Shown here piece by piece: positions 36,833 to 46,683 of a stretch of DNA of 64,000 nt. Source of the DNA: Escherichia coli (GTDB lineage Bacteria; Pseudomonadota; Gammaproteobacteria; Enterobacterales; Enterobacteriaceae); NCBI RefSeq assembly GCF_024298765.1, contig NZ_CP101210.1; one strand, written 5' to 3'. A program made the position numbers and the translations under genes. Position 1 is the stretch's first letter; every line of letters begins with the position of its first letter. The notes under the pieces were generated by a model. It saw only the letters and a list, made by a program, of their open reading frames with translations. It was not told the origin of the DNA and ran no database searches.

Positions 36833-36858
36833 ACGCCACCGCCTGTGGTGGTGTTTTT
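36833..36858 (+). terminator. Rho-independent terminator ending the three-gene operon
   Basis: acgccacc-gcctgt-ggtggtgt followed by tttt, 16 nt after the patatin stop. Confidence 0.6.
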
Positions 36859-36945
36859 CCTGGCTGGTGTTATTGAAAATATTTTCAGATATATATTACC
36901 CGGACGATGGTTAAGATTGATTTATTTAATTTTGGGGAGAAAATT

Positions 36946-37413
36946 ATGAGACTGTCAAATATTTTCCTGGCTGTAGTTTTAACTGTGACCGTATCTGTAG
37001 CACACGCTATTCCAAATATGTGGGGCAGTGGCTTCACGATGGGCGTTACTGAGTTCAGTATTGATAACGGTAAGTGGGGTATCAATATCAGTTGCACAGG
37101 TAACCCCAACGAAAACAATGTGCTGGCGCACACAATCTATATTTACAAAGGAGATAAGGTGGTCGCAAACTCGGAAGAAAAAAATATTAGTTTCGTTATT
37201 GACGGTGAAGAATTCTGGGGTGTGGTTCCTGACGGTACCCGTATGAACGATAACGCCTGGGTTAGCTTTGTAAAAGCAATAAGCACTGCAACCGGGTTTG
37301 AACTGTACATAAACGAGAAGAAAGTTGCGACGTTTAACCCGTCTGCCAAAAACGTTAAGAAAGTGATGGATAATAACTTTATCCAGTCGTGCTGGAATAC
37401 CTGGTACGAATAA
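36946..37413 (+). CDS. Small secreted hypothetical protein 1
   Basis: Signal peptide MRLSNIFLAVVLTVTVSVAHA and RBS ggggag. 155 aa from the ATG at 36946. AT-rich. Confidence 0.55.
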   Translation: MRLSNIFLAVVLTVTVSVAHAIPNMWGSGFTMGVTEFSIDNGKWGINISCTGNPNENNVLAHTIYIYKGDKVVANSEEKNISFVIDGEEFWGVVPDGTRMNDNAWVSFVKAISTATGFELYINEKKVATFNPSAKNVKKVMDNNFIQSCWNTWYE

Positions 37414-37468
37414 CGATTACAGGAGAGGGGGACTTCCTGGCCCCCGATTTATTTAAGGAGTGCATGAA

Positions 37469-38098
37469 ATGAAACATTTTTTAATTCTGGTTATCGGTTT
37501 ACTCATTTCCATCACCGCGACTGCCGAATCGCTGGGTCAGTTTGAAGAGGATATCACCGGTTTTCCGCAGGGAGTATGGTTTTACAAAGAAAAAGCAGGC
37601 TGGAAAAACGAAACCGGGTATAAAAAAGAATATTTAAACAGTCTCCTCTATAAGGCCGAAGAAATTGCGAATTATCCGGGTAACAGATACACGATTTACC
37701 GTAGTAAAAACAGCAGCATAATTTTCGTCGCTGACAACGAAACCAGGACTTTCTACTTGCTAAACAACAAGGACGCCTTATGGTCTGATATTCAGATCGG
37801 GTATTGGGCTGAGAACAAAAACTCGTGTCACTACGTCTTTGTCGATACTCAATACCTTGCGCAAAGTAACGAACTTGACGAGTTCTTTCGAACCGGGGTG
37901 CTCGATACTCATGGTGTTGGTGAATCGGATCGTAAAGTAAAAGAGATCAGACAAAAACATAAGACTCATGTCTTACTCCGCCTGCCTGCGCAATGTGTGA
38001 ATGATGCGATCCTCAGCAGAATGAATAAGTCCGAACGTCGTGATCTAATGAAAGCGCAAGAAGATTTCAAACAATATCTTGCCAGAATGGAGCTGTAA
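37469..38098 (+). CDS. Small secreted hypothetical protein 2
   Basis: Signal peptide MKHFLILVIGLLISITATA. An aaggag lies 8 nt upstream of the ATG at 37469. 209 aa. Confidence 0.55.
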   Translation: MKHFLILVIGLLISITATAESLGQFEEDITGFPQGVWFYKEKAGWKNETGYKKEYLNSLLYKAEEIANYPGNRYTIYRSKNSSIIFVADNETRTFYLLNNKDALWSDIQIGYWAENKNSCHYVFVDTQYLAQSNELDEFFRTGVLDTHGVGESDRKVKEIRQKHKTHVLLRLPAQCVNDAILSRMNKSERRDLMKAQEDFKQYLARMEL

Positions 38099-38128
38099 GT
38101 ATTCAACCTTTTCGCAACTGTGAGTGAA

Positions 38129-38377
38129 ATGAAAATCAAAACTATACTTTATACTATCATTCTTTTCTGTGAAATTGGCATCACCGACACTTATGCACTC
38201 GGTGGTTCGGATATCCGTCACTGCGAACCAACTGAAGAATCTGTAATTATTAACCCGGACGAGTCACCGGTGTTAATATATAGCTTCAGTAAACACGAAG
38301 TGTATAAACTGATGCAGGGGGATACCTGCACTGGGCTAGTTATTAGCGATAAAAAGCCAAAGCCTGTCCACGTTTAA
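38129..38377 (+). CDS. Small secreted hypothetical protein 3
   Basis: MKIKTILYTIILFCEIGITDTYA is signal-like. 82 aa. Confidence 0.4.
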   Translation: MKIKTILYTIILFCEIGITDTYALGGSDIRHCEPTEESVIINPDESPVLIYSFSKHEVYKLMQGDTCTGLVISDKKPKPVHV

Positions 38378-38532
38378 TGGACATCGCTTGCGAACCGCCA
38401 GAAGTCATGTCTGCCAGCATTCATCTACTGGCCGCGGATAATTATACGACCATGGATTTCTGCCATAACGCCGAATTAATCGGTCGTATTCCGTAAGCCG
38501 TGGTATCGAATAATTTAAGAAGGATTTTTATC

Positions 38533-38985
38533 ATGAAACACCGACACATTTTAACGTTCTTTGTTGCTTTCCTGTTCATGACTATCGTACCTGATAGCGA
38601 CGCCGCATTAGTAAAGCGTCCTGAGAAAGGTCGTGCACCGTTCCCGGAATATGTGGAGTTCGCGCAAAACCGTAACCAGTTCCCATGTAATGCACGTTTA
38701 CGCTTTAAAGGTCTCTGCTTTGTTGAACAAACTGACCCCTGGGGTGCAGCAAGCGTTGTCCGAATCCCTTTCAATTCCCCCAATGGTAAAGGCAGACTTA
38801 ACGCTTATGGCGTGGTTGTTCATGCAATAATGGTTGGTGATGTTGTCGTTGGTGGCAGCTATTCAACTGGCAAGAATGTTACCTGGAATTTCGATACGTT
38901 TTATAGGGAGGGTAAACGTCGCGGTAAGGTGACCTTTTATGTTGATGGTAAATACTGGCACTATCGCGACTATCCACTCGAATAA
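38533..38985 (+). CDS. Small secreted hypothetical protein 4
   Basis: Signal peptide MKHRHILTFFVAFLFMTIVPDSDA. 150 aa from the ATG at 38533. Confidence 0.5.
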   Translation: MKHRHILTFFVAFLFMTIVPDSDAALVKRPEKGRAPFPEYVEFAQNRNQFPCNARLRFKGLCFVEQTDPWGAASVVRIPFNSPNGKGRLNAYGVVVHAIMVGDVVVGGSYSTGKNVTWNFDTFYREGKRRGKVTFYVDGKYWHYRDYPLE

Positions 38986-39015
38986 TCCATAACGAACAAA
39001 ACTATTAAAGGAATT

Positions 39016-39096
39016 ATGCGTCTTATCTGCGCATTATTAAAATCAATAGTAAATTCGCTCCTGCCATTATGGCTGGGGCTTTTTATTTTCAGGTGA
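39016..39096 (+). CDS. Possible 26-aa hydrophobic peptide
   Basis: MRLICALLKSIVNSLLPLWLGLFIFR, with an aaagga RBS 5 nt upstream. It is below the ORF-track cutoff, and its only support is the RBS plus a TM-like sequence. Confidence 0.25.
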   Translation: MRLICALLKSIVNSLLPLWLGLFIFR

Positions 39097-39102
39097 AAAC
39101 AC

Positions 39103-39336
39103 ATGAGGGGCTGTACATTACTCTTATTTTCCGAAGCCCCTTTCTTACGCGAACAGGAGGTTGCTGTCATAACAGCTTACCGCAATGTGTTTATCCAGGA
39201 TGACCCGGGAATGCATTTCCGTTGGGTTATCCGCAACGCGGAAGGTCAGCGACGCTGGCGCTGCCGGAATTCTGAACCCGATGCCGGAAAGGTGCTTAAT
39301 ACGCGGCTCGCCAGTGACGGTCCTCTAAGACAATAA
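39103..39336 (+). CDS. DUF905-family protein (YkfF-like)
   Basis: 77 aa. ...[46 protein letters not shown] resembles K-12 YkfF. Confidence 0.65.
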   Translation: MRGCTLLLFSEAPFLREQEVAVITAYRNVFIQDDPGMHFRWVIRNAEGQRRWRCRNSEPDAGKVLNTRLASDGPLRQ

Positions 39337-39435
39337 ACGTCATTCATTTCACCCATCAGGCTGCGTCTTCTCCGGGAGACGTGGCTTTTTCATTTATTAC
39401 ACCAGTAAATCTTAACCACCGATAAGGAGCAAAGT

Positions 39436-40257
39436 ATGCGATTAGCCAGTTGTTTTGGTTATGCTGCGAACCAGATACGCCGTGACCGTCCACTGACACA
39501 TGAAGAGCTGATGCACCATGTGCCGGGGATTTTCGGGGAAGAGAAACACACGTCCCGAAGCCAGAACTATACGTACATCCCCACCATCACCGTACTGGAA
39601 AGCCTGCAGCGGGAAGGCTTTCAGCCATTCTTCGCCTGCCAGACCTGTGTGCGCGACCCGGGCCGCCGGGGATACACAAAACACATGCTGCGCCTGCGCC
39701 GTAACGGAGAGATAAACGGAGAACATGTCCCTGAAATTATTCTGCTCAACTCTCATGACGGTACCTCCAGCTACCAGATGCTGCCGGGTTACTTCAGGTT
39801 CGTCTGCCAGAACGGATGCGTCTGTGGTCAGTCTCTGGGGGAAGTGCGTGTTCCGCACCGGGGAAATGTGGTGGACAGAGTCATTGAAGGGGCTTACGAG
39901 GTGGTGGGCGTGTTTGACCGGATAGAGGAGATGCGTGATGCCATGCAGTCGCTGATTCTGCCGCCACCGGCACGCCAGGCGCTGGCACAGGCGGCACTGA
40001 CTTACCGTTATGGTGACGAACATCGGCCCGTCACCACCGCCGACATTCTGACGCCACGACGCCGGGAGGATTACGGTAAGGACCTGTGGAGTACTTATCA
40101 GACCATCCAGGAGAATATGCTGAAAGGCGGGATTTCCGGTCGCAGTGCAAAAGGAAAACGTATCCACACCCGTGCCATTCACAGCATCGACACCGATATT
40201 AAGCTCAACCGCGCATTGTGGGTAATGGCAGAAACGCTGCTGGAGAGCCAGCGCTGA
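39436..40257 (+). CDS. DUF932-family protein (YfjQ/YafZ-like)
   Basis: 273 aa with the conserved CP4-type island order and sequence (…ILLNSHDGTSSYQMLPGYFRFVCQNG…). Confidence 0.75.
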   Translation: MRLASCFGYAANQIRRDRPLTHEELMHHVPGIFGEEKHTSRSQNYTYIPTITVLESLQREGFQPFFACQTCVRDPGRRGYTKHMLRLRRNGEINGEHVPEIILLNSHDGTSSYQMLPGYFRFVCQNGCVCGQSLGEVRVPHRGNVVDRVIEGAYEVVGVFDRIEEMRDAMQSLILPPPARQALAQAALTYRYGDEHRPVTTADILTPRRREDYGKDLWSTYQTIQENMLKGGISGRSAKGKRIHTRAIHSIDTDIKLNRALWVMAETLLESQR

Positions 40258-40502
40258 TGCAGCATGTCCCTGAAGGCGTGATTCAGGCACCAGAATCACC
40301 CGACGCCCCGGAGGCGCTGCCGGGGTGTCGTTCCATTTCTGATGATGACCTGTGCGCCTGGTGTACCCGTCTGCTTTACCGTCCCGGAGAAATCAGTCTG
40401 TGCAGACTGAGTACAGGCAATGGCATCTGGCCATCCGTCTGTGACCGGAACGGTTACGCGTACGGCTGTCCGGAATTTCAGCCGAATATCATTCATCCCT
40501 GA
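40257..40502 (+). CDS. Small Cys-containing hypothetical protein
   Basis: 81 aa from an ATG that overlaps the preceding stop (TGATG). It contains several Cys (CAWC...C...C...C). Confidence 0.45.
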   Translation: MQHVPEGVIQAPESPDAPEALPGCRSISDDDLCAWCTRLLYRPGEISLCRLSTGNGIWPSVCDRNGYAYGCPEFQPNIIHP

Positions 40503-40595
40503 TATTACCGGGTCTCACGGTCAGTGATGAACGTGATGTTGCCAGCTCCCGACCTTTACTCCCTCTCATTTATTCACATTACAAGGATTTCATAC

Positions 40596-41069
40596 ATGAA
40601 AACATTGTCTCAGAACACCACCTCTTCGGCCTGTGCACCGGAGACTGGCCTGCAACAACTGGTTGCCACCATAGTCCCTGATGAACAGCGCATCAGCTTC
40701 TGGCCGCAGCATTTTGGCCTCATTCCACAGTGGGTGACCCTGGAGCCCCGTGTCTTCGGCTGGATGGACCGTCTGTGCGAAAACTACTGCGGTGGTATCT
40801 GGAATCTGTACACCCTGAACAACGGCGGGGCATTTATGGCCCCTGAACCGGATGACGATGATGACGAAACATGGGTACTGTTCAATGCCATGAACGGTAA
40901 CCGCGCTGAAATGAGCCCGGAAGCCGCCGGCATTGCCGCCTGTCTGATGACGTACAGTCATCACGCCTGCCGTACGGAGTGTTATGCCATGACGGTTCAT
41001 TATTACCGTCTGCGGGATTACGCCCTGCAGCATCCGGAATGCAGCGCCATTATGCGCATCATCGACTGA
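40596..41069 (+). CDS. Antirestriction protein (YfjX/YafX, ArdB/KlcA-like)
   Basis: 157 aa. MKTLSQNTTS...RISFWPQHFGLIPQWVTLEPRVFGWMDRLCENYCGGIWNLYTLNNGGAFMAP matches the K-12 paralogues as I remember them. Confidence 0.8.
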   Translation: MKTLSQNTTSSACAPETGLQQLVATIVPDEQRISFWPQHFGLIPQWVTLEPRVFGWMDRLCENYCGGIWNLYTLNNGGAFMAPEPDDDDDETWVLFNAMNGNRAEMSPEAAGIAACLMTYSHHACRTECYAMTVHYYRLRDYALQHPECSAIMRIID

Positions 41070-41084
41070 ATGGAGGCAGGGACA

Positions 41085-41561
41085 ATGCAGCAGCTTTCCT
41101 TTCTGCCCGGAGAAATGACAACCAGAGAGCGCAGCCTCATTCTGCGGGCCCTGAAAACCCTGGACCGCCATCTTCATGAACCCGGCGTGGCCTTCACCTC
41201 CACCCGTGCGGCACGGGAATGGCTGATTCTGAACATGGCGGGACTGGAGCGTGAAGAGTTCCGGGTGCTGTATCTGAATAACCAGAATCAGCTGATTGCC
41301 GGTGAAACCCTCTTCACCGGCACCATCAACCGCACGGAAGTCCATCCCCGGGAAGTGATTAAACGCGCCCTGTATCACAATGCCGCAGCCGTGGTGCTGG
41401 CACATAATCACCCGTCCGGTGAAGTCACACCCAGCAAGGCAGACCGGCTTATCACGGAACGTCTGGTACAGGCACTGGGCCTGGTGGATATCCGGGTGCC
41501 GGACCATCTGATAGTCGGTGGCAGCCAGGTTTTCTCCTTTGCCGAACATGGTCTGCTTTAA
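41085..41561 (+). CDS. RadC-like JAB-domain protein (YeeS/YfjY/YkfG family)
   Basis: 158 aa with the JAMM motif HNHPSGEVTPSKAD. Confidence 0.85.
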   Translation: MQQLSFLPGEMTTRERSLILRALKTLDRHLHEPGVAFTSTRAAREWLILNMAGLEREEFRVLYLNNQNQLIAGETLFTGTINRTEVHPREVIKRALYHNAAAVVLAHNHPSGEVTPSKADRLITERLVQALGLVDIRVPDHLIVGGSQVFSFAEHGLL

Positions 41562-41623
41562 CCCGTCACAACCACATCACACCTGTTTTCACTTTTATCT
41601 TCTGTCTTCAGAGGTATCCCATT

Positions 41624-41845
41624 ATGAAAATCATCACCCGTGGTGAAGCCATGCGTATTCACCAACAGCATCCTGCATCCCGTCTTTTTCCGTTCTGTAC
41701 CGGCAAATACCGCTGGCACGGCAGCACTGAAACGTATACCGGTCGTGAAGTGCAGGATATTCCCGGTGTGCTGGCCGTGTTTGCTGAACGCCGTAAGGAC
41801 AGTTTTGGCCCGTATGTCCGGCTGATGAGCGTCACTCTGAACTGA
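41624..41845 (+). CDS. DUF987-family protein (YeeT/YpjJ-like)
   Basis: 73 aa: MKIITRGEAMRIHQQHPASRLFPFCTGKYRWHGSTETYTGREVQDIPGVLAVFAERRKDSFGPYVRLMSVTLN. Confidence 0.8.
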   Translation: MKIITRGEAMRIHQQHPASRLFPFCTGKYRWHGSTETYTGREVQDIPGVLAVFAERRKDSFGPYVRLMSVTLN

Positions 41846-41863
41846 GTCAGTAAGGGCATTCTG

Positions 41864-42508
41864 ATGAGCAGAATTATCACCACCACCGTGTATACACTGC
41901 ATGAGCTATCCTCCACCGCACAGGAAAAAGCCCGCGACTGGTACCGTCAGCATCATGCTGACAGCAACTGGTATGAAAACGTGTATGAGGACTTCAGGGA
42001 GGTCTGTGGCATTTTCGGAATTGACCTCCGCCAGCGCGTTTTCCGGCTCAGCAACGGCAGGTTTATGGAAGAGCCGTGCATCTGGTTCAGCGGATTCTGC
42101 AGCCAGGGGGACGGAGCCTGTTTTGAAGGGCGCTGGCACTGGCAGCCAGCGACACCCCGGAAAATCAGGGAATATGCCCCTCAGGACCGTGAGCTTCATC
42201 GTATCGCGGATGCCCTGCAGGCGGTACAGAAGCGTAACTTCTGGCAGTTACAGGCTGAAATCAGTCACCGGGGACGTTACTGCCATCCGTACAGCATGGA
42301 TATCACCGTCACCCGGAACAGTCCGACTGGTCAGGCACTGACAGCCGATGCGGAAGCCGCTGTCAGCGAAGCCCTGCGCGACCTGGCCTTCTGGCTGTAC
42401 CGCCAGCTGGAAAACGAGTACGACTGGCTGACCTCAGACGCCGCTGTAGATGAGGCCATTCACATCAATGCATATACCTTCACCGAAGCCGGTCTCCACG
42501 CCGGCTGA
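41864..42508 (+). CDS. Conserved CP4-type island protein of unknown function
   Basis: 214-aa ORF between the DUF987 and antitoxin genes, with good coding appearance. No motif recognised. Confidence 0.5.
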   Translation: MSRIITTTVYTLHELSSTAQEKARDWYRQHHADSNWYENVYEDFREVCGIFGIDLRQRVFRLSNGRFMEEPCIWFSGFCSQGDGACFEGRWHWQPATPRKIREYAPQDRELHRIADALQAVQKRNFWQLQAEISHRGRYCHPYSMDITVTRNSPTGQALTADAEAAVSEALRDLAFWLYRQLENEYDWLTSDAAVDEAIHINAYTFTEAGLHAG

Positions 42509-42557
42509 CCTGTCATCGTTAAACTATCATTCACCGATTTTCTGTGAGGACTTTATC

Positions 42558-42932
42558 GTGTCAGACACGCTCCATGAAACAAATTATCCCGACGACAACA
42601 ACGACCGCCCCTGGTGGGGGCTACCCTGCACCGTGACGCCCTGTTTCGGGGCACGTCTGGTGCAGGAGGGCAATCAGTTGCATTACCTTGCCGACCGCGC
42701 CGGTATCAGAGGGCAGTTCAGCGACGCGGATGCATACCATCTGGACCAGGCTTTTCCACTGCTGATGAAACAACTGGAACTCATGCTCACCATCGGTGAA
42801 CTGAATCCCCGCCATCAGCATACCGTCACGCTGTATGCCAGAGGGCTGACCTGCGAAGCCGACACCCTCGGCAGCTGTGGTTACGTTTATATGGCTGTTT
42901 ATCCGACACTGGCACCCGCAACCACCTCATAA
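42558..42932 (+). CDS. cbeA: CbeA/YeeU-family type IV antitoxin
   Basis: From a GTG start: [76 protein letters not shown]. This is near-identical in pattern to K-12 YeeU. Confidence 0.85.
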   Translation: MSDTLHETNYPDDNNDRPWWGLPCTVTPCFGARLVQEGNQLHYLADRAGIRGQFSDADAYHLDQAFPLLMKQLELMLTIGELNPRHQHTVTLYARGLTCEADTLGSCGYVYMAVYPTLAPATTS

Positions 42933-42978
42933 CCCCGAATATCTCACCTTTAGCACTACCAGTTACAGAGAACTTAAG

Positions 42979-43356
42979 ATGAAAACATTACCTGACACAC
43001 ACGTACGGGAGGCATCGCGCTGCCCGTCTCCCGTCACCATCTGGCAGACACTGCTCACCCGACTGTTGGACCAGCATTACGGCCTCACACTGAATGACAC
43101 ACCGTTCGCTGATGAACGTGTGATTGAGCAGCATATTGAGGCAGGCATTTCACTGTGCGATGCGGTGAACTTTCTCGTTGAAAAATACGCACTGGTACGT
43201 ACCGACCAGCCAGGATTCAGCGCTTGTACCCGTTCTCAGTTAATAAACAGTATTGATATCCTCCGGGCCCGCCGGGCAACCGGCCTGATGACCCGCAGCA
43301 ACTACAGAATGGTGAACGACATCATCCGGGGTGAACATTCGGAGGCGAAACGATGA
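42979..43356 (+). CDS. cbtA: CbtA/YeeV-family toxin (FtsZ/MreB inhibitor family)
   Basis: 125 aa: [74 protein letters not shown]. Confidence 0.85.
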   Translation: MKTLPDTHVREASRCPSPVTIWQTLLTRLLDQHYGLTLNDTPFADERVIEQHIEAGISLCDAVNFLVEKYALVRTDQPGFSACTRSQLINSIDILRARRATGLMTRSNYRMVNDIIRGEHSEAKR

Positions 43357-43845
43357 AACTGACTCTGACGCTCGAAGCAGACAGCGTTAACGTGCAGGCA
43401 CTGAACATGGGGCGAATTGTCGTTGACGTCGATGGTATTGACCCCGCTGAGTTGAATAATAAGGTCGCTGAAAACGGTTATTCACTCCGCGTGGTGGATG
43501 CTCCCGAACAGCAGACAACCGACTCTCCACCACCGTTTACTGCCCTTACCGACATACGTTCGTTGCAGTACCGCACATATCACGGAAAAGGACAACGCCT
43601 GGCTGTACTCACTGTCACATCAGACGAATGACTTCGGCGAATCAGAATGGATTCATTTTACAGGTACCGGTTATCTGTTACGTACTGATGCGTGGTCGTA
43701 TCCGGTTCTGCGGCTTAAACGTCTTGGCCTGTCAAAAACGTTCCGTCGTCTGGTTGTCACTCTCATCCGGTGTTATGGCGTCGGTCTCATTCATCTGGCT
43801 GCCAGTGCAGGATGTCTGCCGGGCCTGCCCACTTTCGACTGGTAA
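43353..43845 (+). pseudogene. DUF5983 (YeeW-like) gene with a +1 frameshift
   Basis: The N-terminal part [28 protein letters not shown]... is in one frame. The C-terminal part HITEKDNAWLYSLSHQTNDFGESEWIHFTGTGYLLRTDAWSYPVLRLKRLGLSKTFRRL... is in the next. The junction is near 43560. Confidence 0.75.
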
Positions 43846-43900
43846 CTAGGAACGACATGACATCATTAATCACGGAAACGGCGCTGGAAATTCTGATTGC

Positions 43901-45016
43901 CTAAATAGCTGCGCTTAATACCGCTACACTTTTGCCAGCCCATGTTTGCCTCCGGGGAATGGGCTAACGGTTTCCATAAAATGGCGAACTTTTTTCAACA
44001 GTTGCCACATTGAGCGGCACTGATGATTACGCGTTATTGTGTCGTGAAGTGCCTGCCATAGCCGTTCAACATGATTCACCCATGGCGAGTAAACCGGCTG
44101 ATAAATGACCCTGAACTTCGGGTTCTCCTTCAGCCAGCTCTGTGTTTCCCGGCTTTTGTGGATAATGTAGTTGTCCACGATCAGCGTGATGGTTTTCGCC
44201 CGACGGTATGTCGCTTTAAGCCGTTTCAGCAGGCTGATGAACAGCGCCGAACTTTTGCTGTTGCCGCCCACATAGCTGGCTTTACCTGTCCCGGCGTGAC
44301 CACCCGTTTTTGCTGTCCGCGCAGTTGCCAGTCCGCACCGATTTTGGGATTAAGATGGATATCCACTTCATCTTCATAAAAGACCGGATGCTCTGCGCAG
44401 CATTCGTCCAGTGCTTTATGGATTGCTGCCATCTTTTCATCTTTATGCGGGTCACGGATACGCAGAGTTGGCGCAGCCCTTCGCCACACAATCCCCGCAG
44501 ACGGCAACCAGCGGCGAACGGTTCCGGCATTTAACTGGCAACCGGTTATCTCATTGATTTTTATTGCCAGCAGTTCTGTACTCCAGCGTGAACGCTGGTA
44601 GCCAAAGTCGCCGGGAGAATGTTTTACCAGCTCACGTAACAGTGTGCAGATATGCTCAAACGGCCAGCGACGGGCACGCCCGGCAGGTAATGATTTCAGT
44701 CCCTCAACACCCGACTGCGTGAACCAGTTAATCCAGCGTCCAACAGAGGAACGGGCGCAGCAGAGCGTTCTGGCAACGTCGCTGACACGGTCGCCCCGGT
44801 GCAGCATCAGCATGGCAGTCAGTCTGCGGGCATAATTTTTATCGTGTGTTTTATGGATGGCTTTCTGCATCAGGCGTCGTTCGTCACGGGAAATTGGTGC
44901 TATGATCGGCATTGCTCAGTCCGGTTGGTGATTTGTTTTGATTTGGCGATTGATCAGATCGCACAATCCGGGCTGAGTTCCCTCAAAGTGATCTACTATT
45001 CCGCGCAGCTATTTAG
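43901..45016 (-). mobile_element. IS630 copy with internal ~37-bp deletion
   Basis: Inverted ends are ctaaatagctgcgc and gcgcagctatttag. TA is duplicated inside a CTAG target. It spans 1116 bp, against about 1153 bp for IS630 as I remember it. Confidence 0.85.
43924..44912 (-). pseudogene. IS630 transposase, frameshifted by the internal deletion
   Basis: MPIIAPISRDERRLMQKAIHKTHDKNYARRLTAMLMLHRGDRVSDVARTL... runs to VVTPGQ. It resumes out of frame at GKASYVGGNSKSSALFISLLKRLKATYRRAKTITLIVDNYIIHKS. Confidence 0.85.
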
Positions 45017-45059
45017 CTGCAGAACAATAGTAAGCGTCAACGGAGCACCGTATTGACGC

Positions 45060-46680
45060 TTATTTATTGGTGAGAACTACGTTCCATGGCAGGAGTTCGT
45101 CAACACGGTTGGAGGGCCATTCCGGCAGTACGCTCAGAATATGGCGCAGATACGCTTCCGGATCGATACCGTTCAGACGGCAGGTGCCGATCAGCCCGTA
45201 CAGCAGTGCTCCACGCTCGCCGCCGTGATCGCTACCGAAGAACACGTAATTTTTCTTTCCGAGACAGACTGCACGAAGCGCTCTTTCCGCTGTGTTATTG
45301 TCCGCTTCTGCCAAACCATCATCACTGTAATAACAGAGGGCGTCCCACTGATTCAGTACATAGCTGAACGCTTCGCCCAGTCTGGATTTTTTCGACAGCG
45401 TGCCATTCTTCTCCACCATCCATTCATGCAGCGACGTCAGTAACGCTTTGCTTCGCTGCTGCCTGACTGCAAGACGCTCTGACTCTGGTAATCCCCGTAT
45501 TTCATCCTCGATGGCGTACAGTTCACTGATTCGCTTCAGGGCTTCTTCTGCCATCGCACTTTTGCTGCTGATGTATACATCGTGGATTTTTCTCCGGGCA
45601 TGAGCACAGCACGCAACTTCTGTCAGCGCACCACCTTCGCGTTCTGCACTGAACAGCCTGTCGTAACCTGTGAACGCATCCGCCTGCAGGATACCCCGGA
45701 AGGGGCGGAGGTGTTGCTCCGGGTGTTTCCCCTGCCTGTTCGGTGAGTACGCGAACCAGACCGCCGGAGGAGATGACGAACCCGCATTGCGATCATCCCG
45801 GACATACGTCCAGATGCGCCCTGTTTTCGTCTTTTTCAGGCCCGGTGCCAGTACCTTTACCGGTGTGTCGTCAGTGTGAAGCTTGCGGGTATTCATCACA
45901 TAACGATACAGGGCATCATTCAGCGGCGTCATTAACTGGCAGCACGCGTCAACCCAGTTGGAGAGTAATGCACGGCTCAGTTCGACACCCTGTCGGGCAA
46001 AGATTTCACTCTGACGATACAGTGGCAGGTGTTCGCAGTATTTTCCCGTAAACACGCGGGCAAGTAATCCGGGGCCCGCGATACCACGCTCTATCGCGGC
46101 GGGACGGCGCCGGTGCTTCAACGATGCAGTCACATTTTGTACAGGCTTTTTTTACCCGTTCTGTGCGGATCACTTTCAGAGCGCTGCTCACCAGTTCCAG
46201 TTGTTCTGCACTGACTTCCCCCAGATAATCCAGCTCACCGCCACACTCCGGGCAACAGCTTTCTTCAGACTCCAGACGGTGTATTTCACGGGGAAGGTGT
46301 GCCGGGAACGGACGACGATGGCGCGACTGCCGCAACTGGCGGGGAACCTGTGGATCGTCTTCCCGCCCACTGTAACGATCGCTGTCCTGTTCGCGTTGTT
46401 TCAGCAGGGCCTCAGCCTGTTCAACTTCACGACGCAGTTTTTCAGAACAGGTACCGAACAGCATCCGGCGCAGTTTTTCTATCTGAGCCCGCAGATGTTC
46501 TATTTCCCGTTCATCTTCTTCGATCTTTTCTTCGGCACGTGCCAGTGCAGAGCGCAGGAAGGTCTTCGTCTCTTCAACCAGACTCAGTTGCTGGTCTTTC
46601 TGACGGAGCTGGCTTTCCAGTTCTGCAATGCGAATGAGGTATTTCTGACTCATGGCCGTTTTTATAATGCGGCCAGGCAT
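45060..46680 (-). pseudogene. IS66-family TnpC transposase, frameshifted
   Basis: The N-terminal 224-aa piece has a coiled coil and zinc-finger CPECGG...CTKCDC. The C-terminal 357-aa piece contains the DDE region. They overlap in different frames at 46006-46133. Confidence 0.85.
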
Positions 46681-46683
46681 TTT

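Noticed and set aside
39442-41549. Long minus-strand ORFs (285 aa at 39442-40299; 319 aa at 40590-41549)
   Set aside because: They are antisense to plus-strand genes with clear family matches (DUF932, antirestriction, RadC). Their composition (Gly/His/Gln/Arg-rich) is typical of shadow frames.
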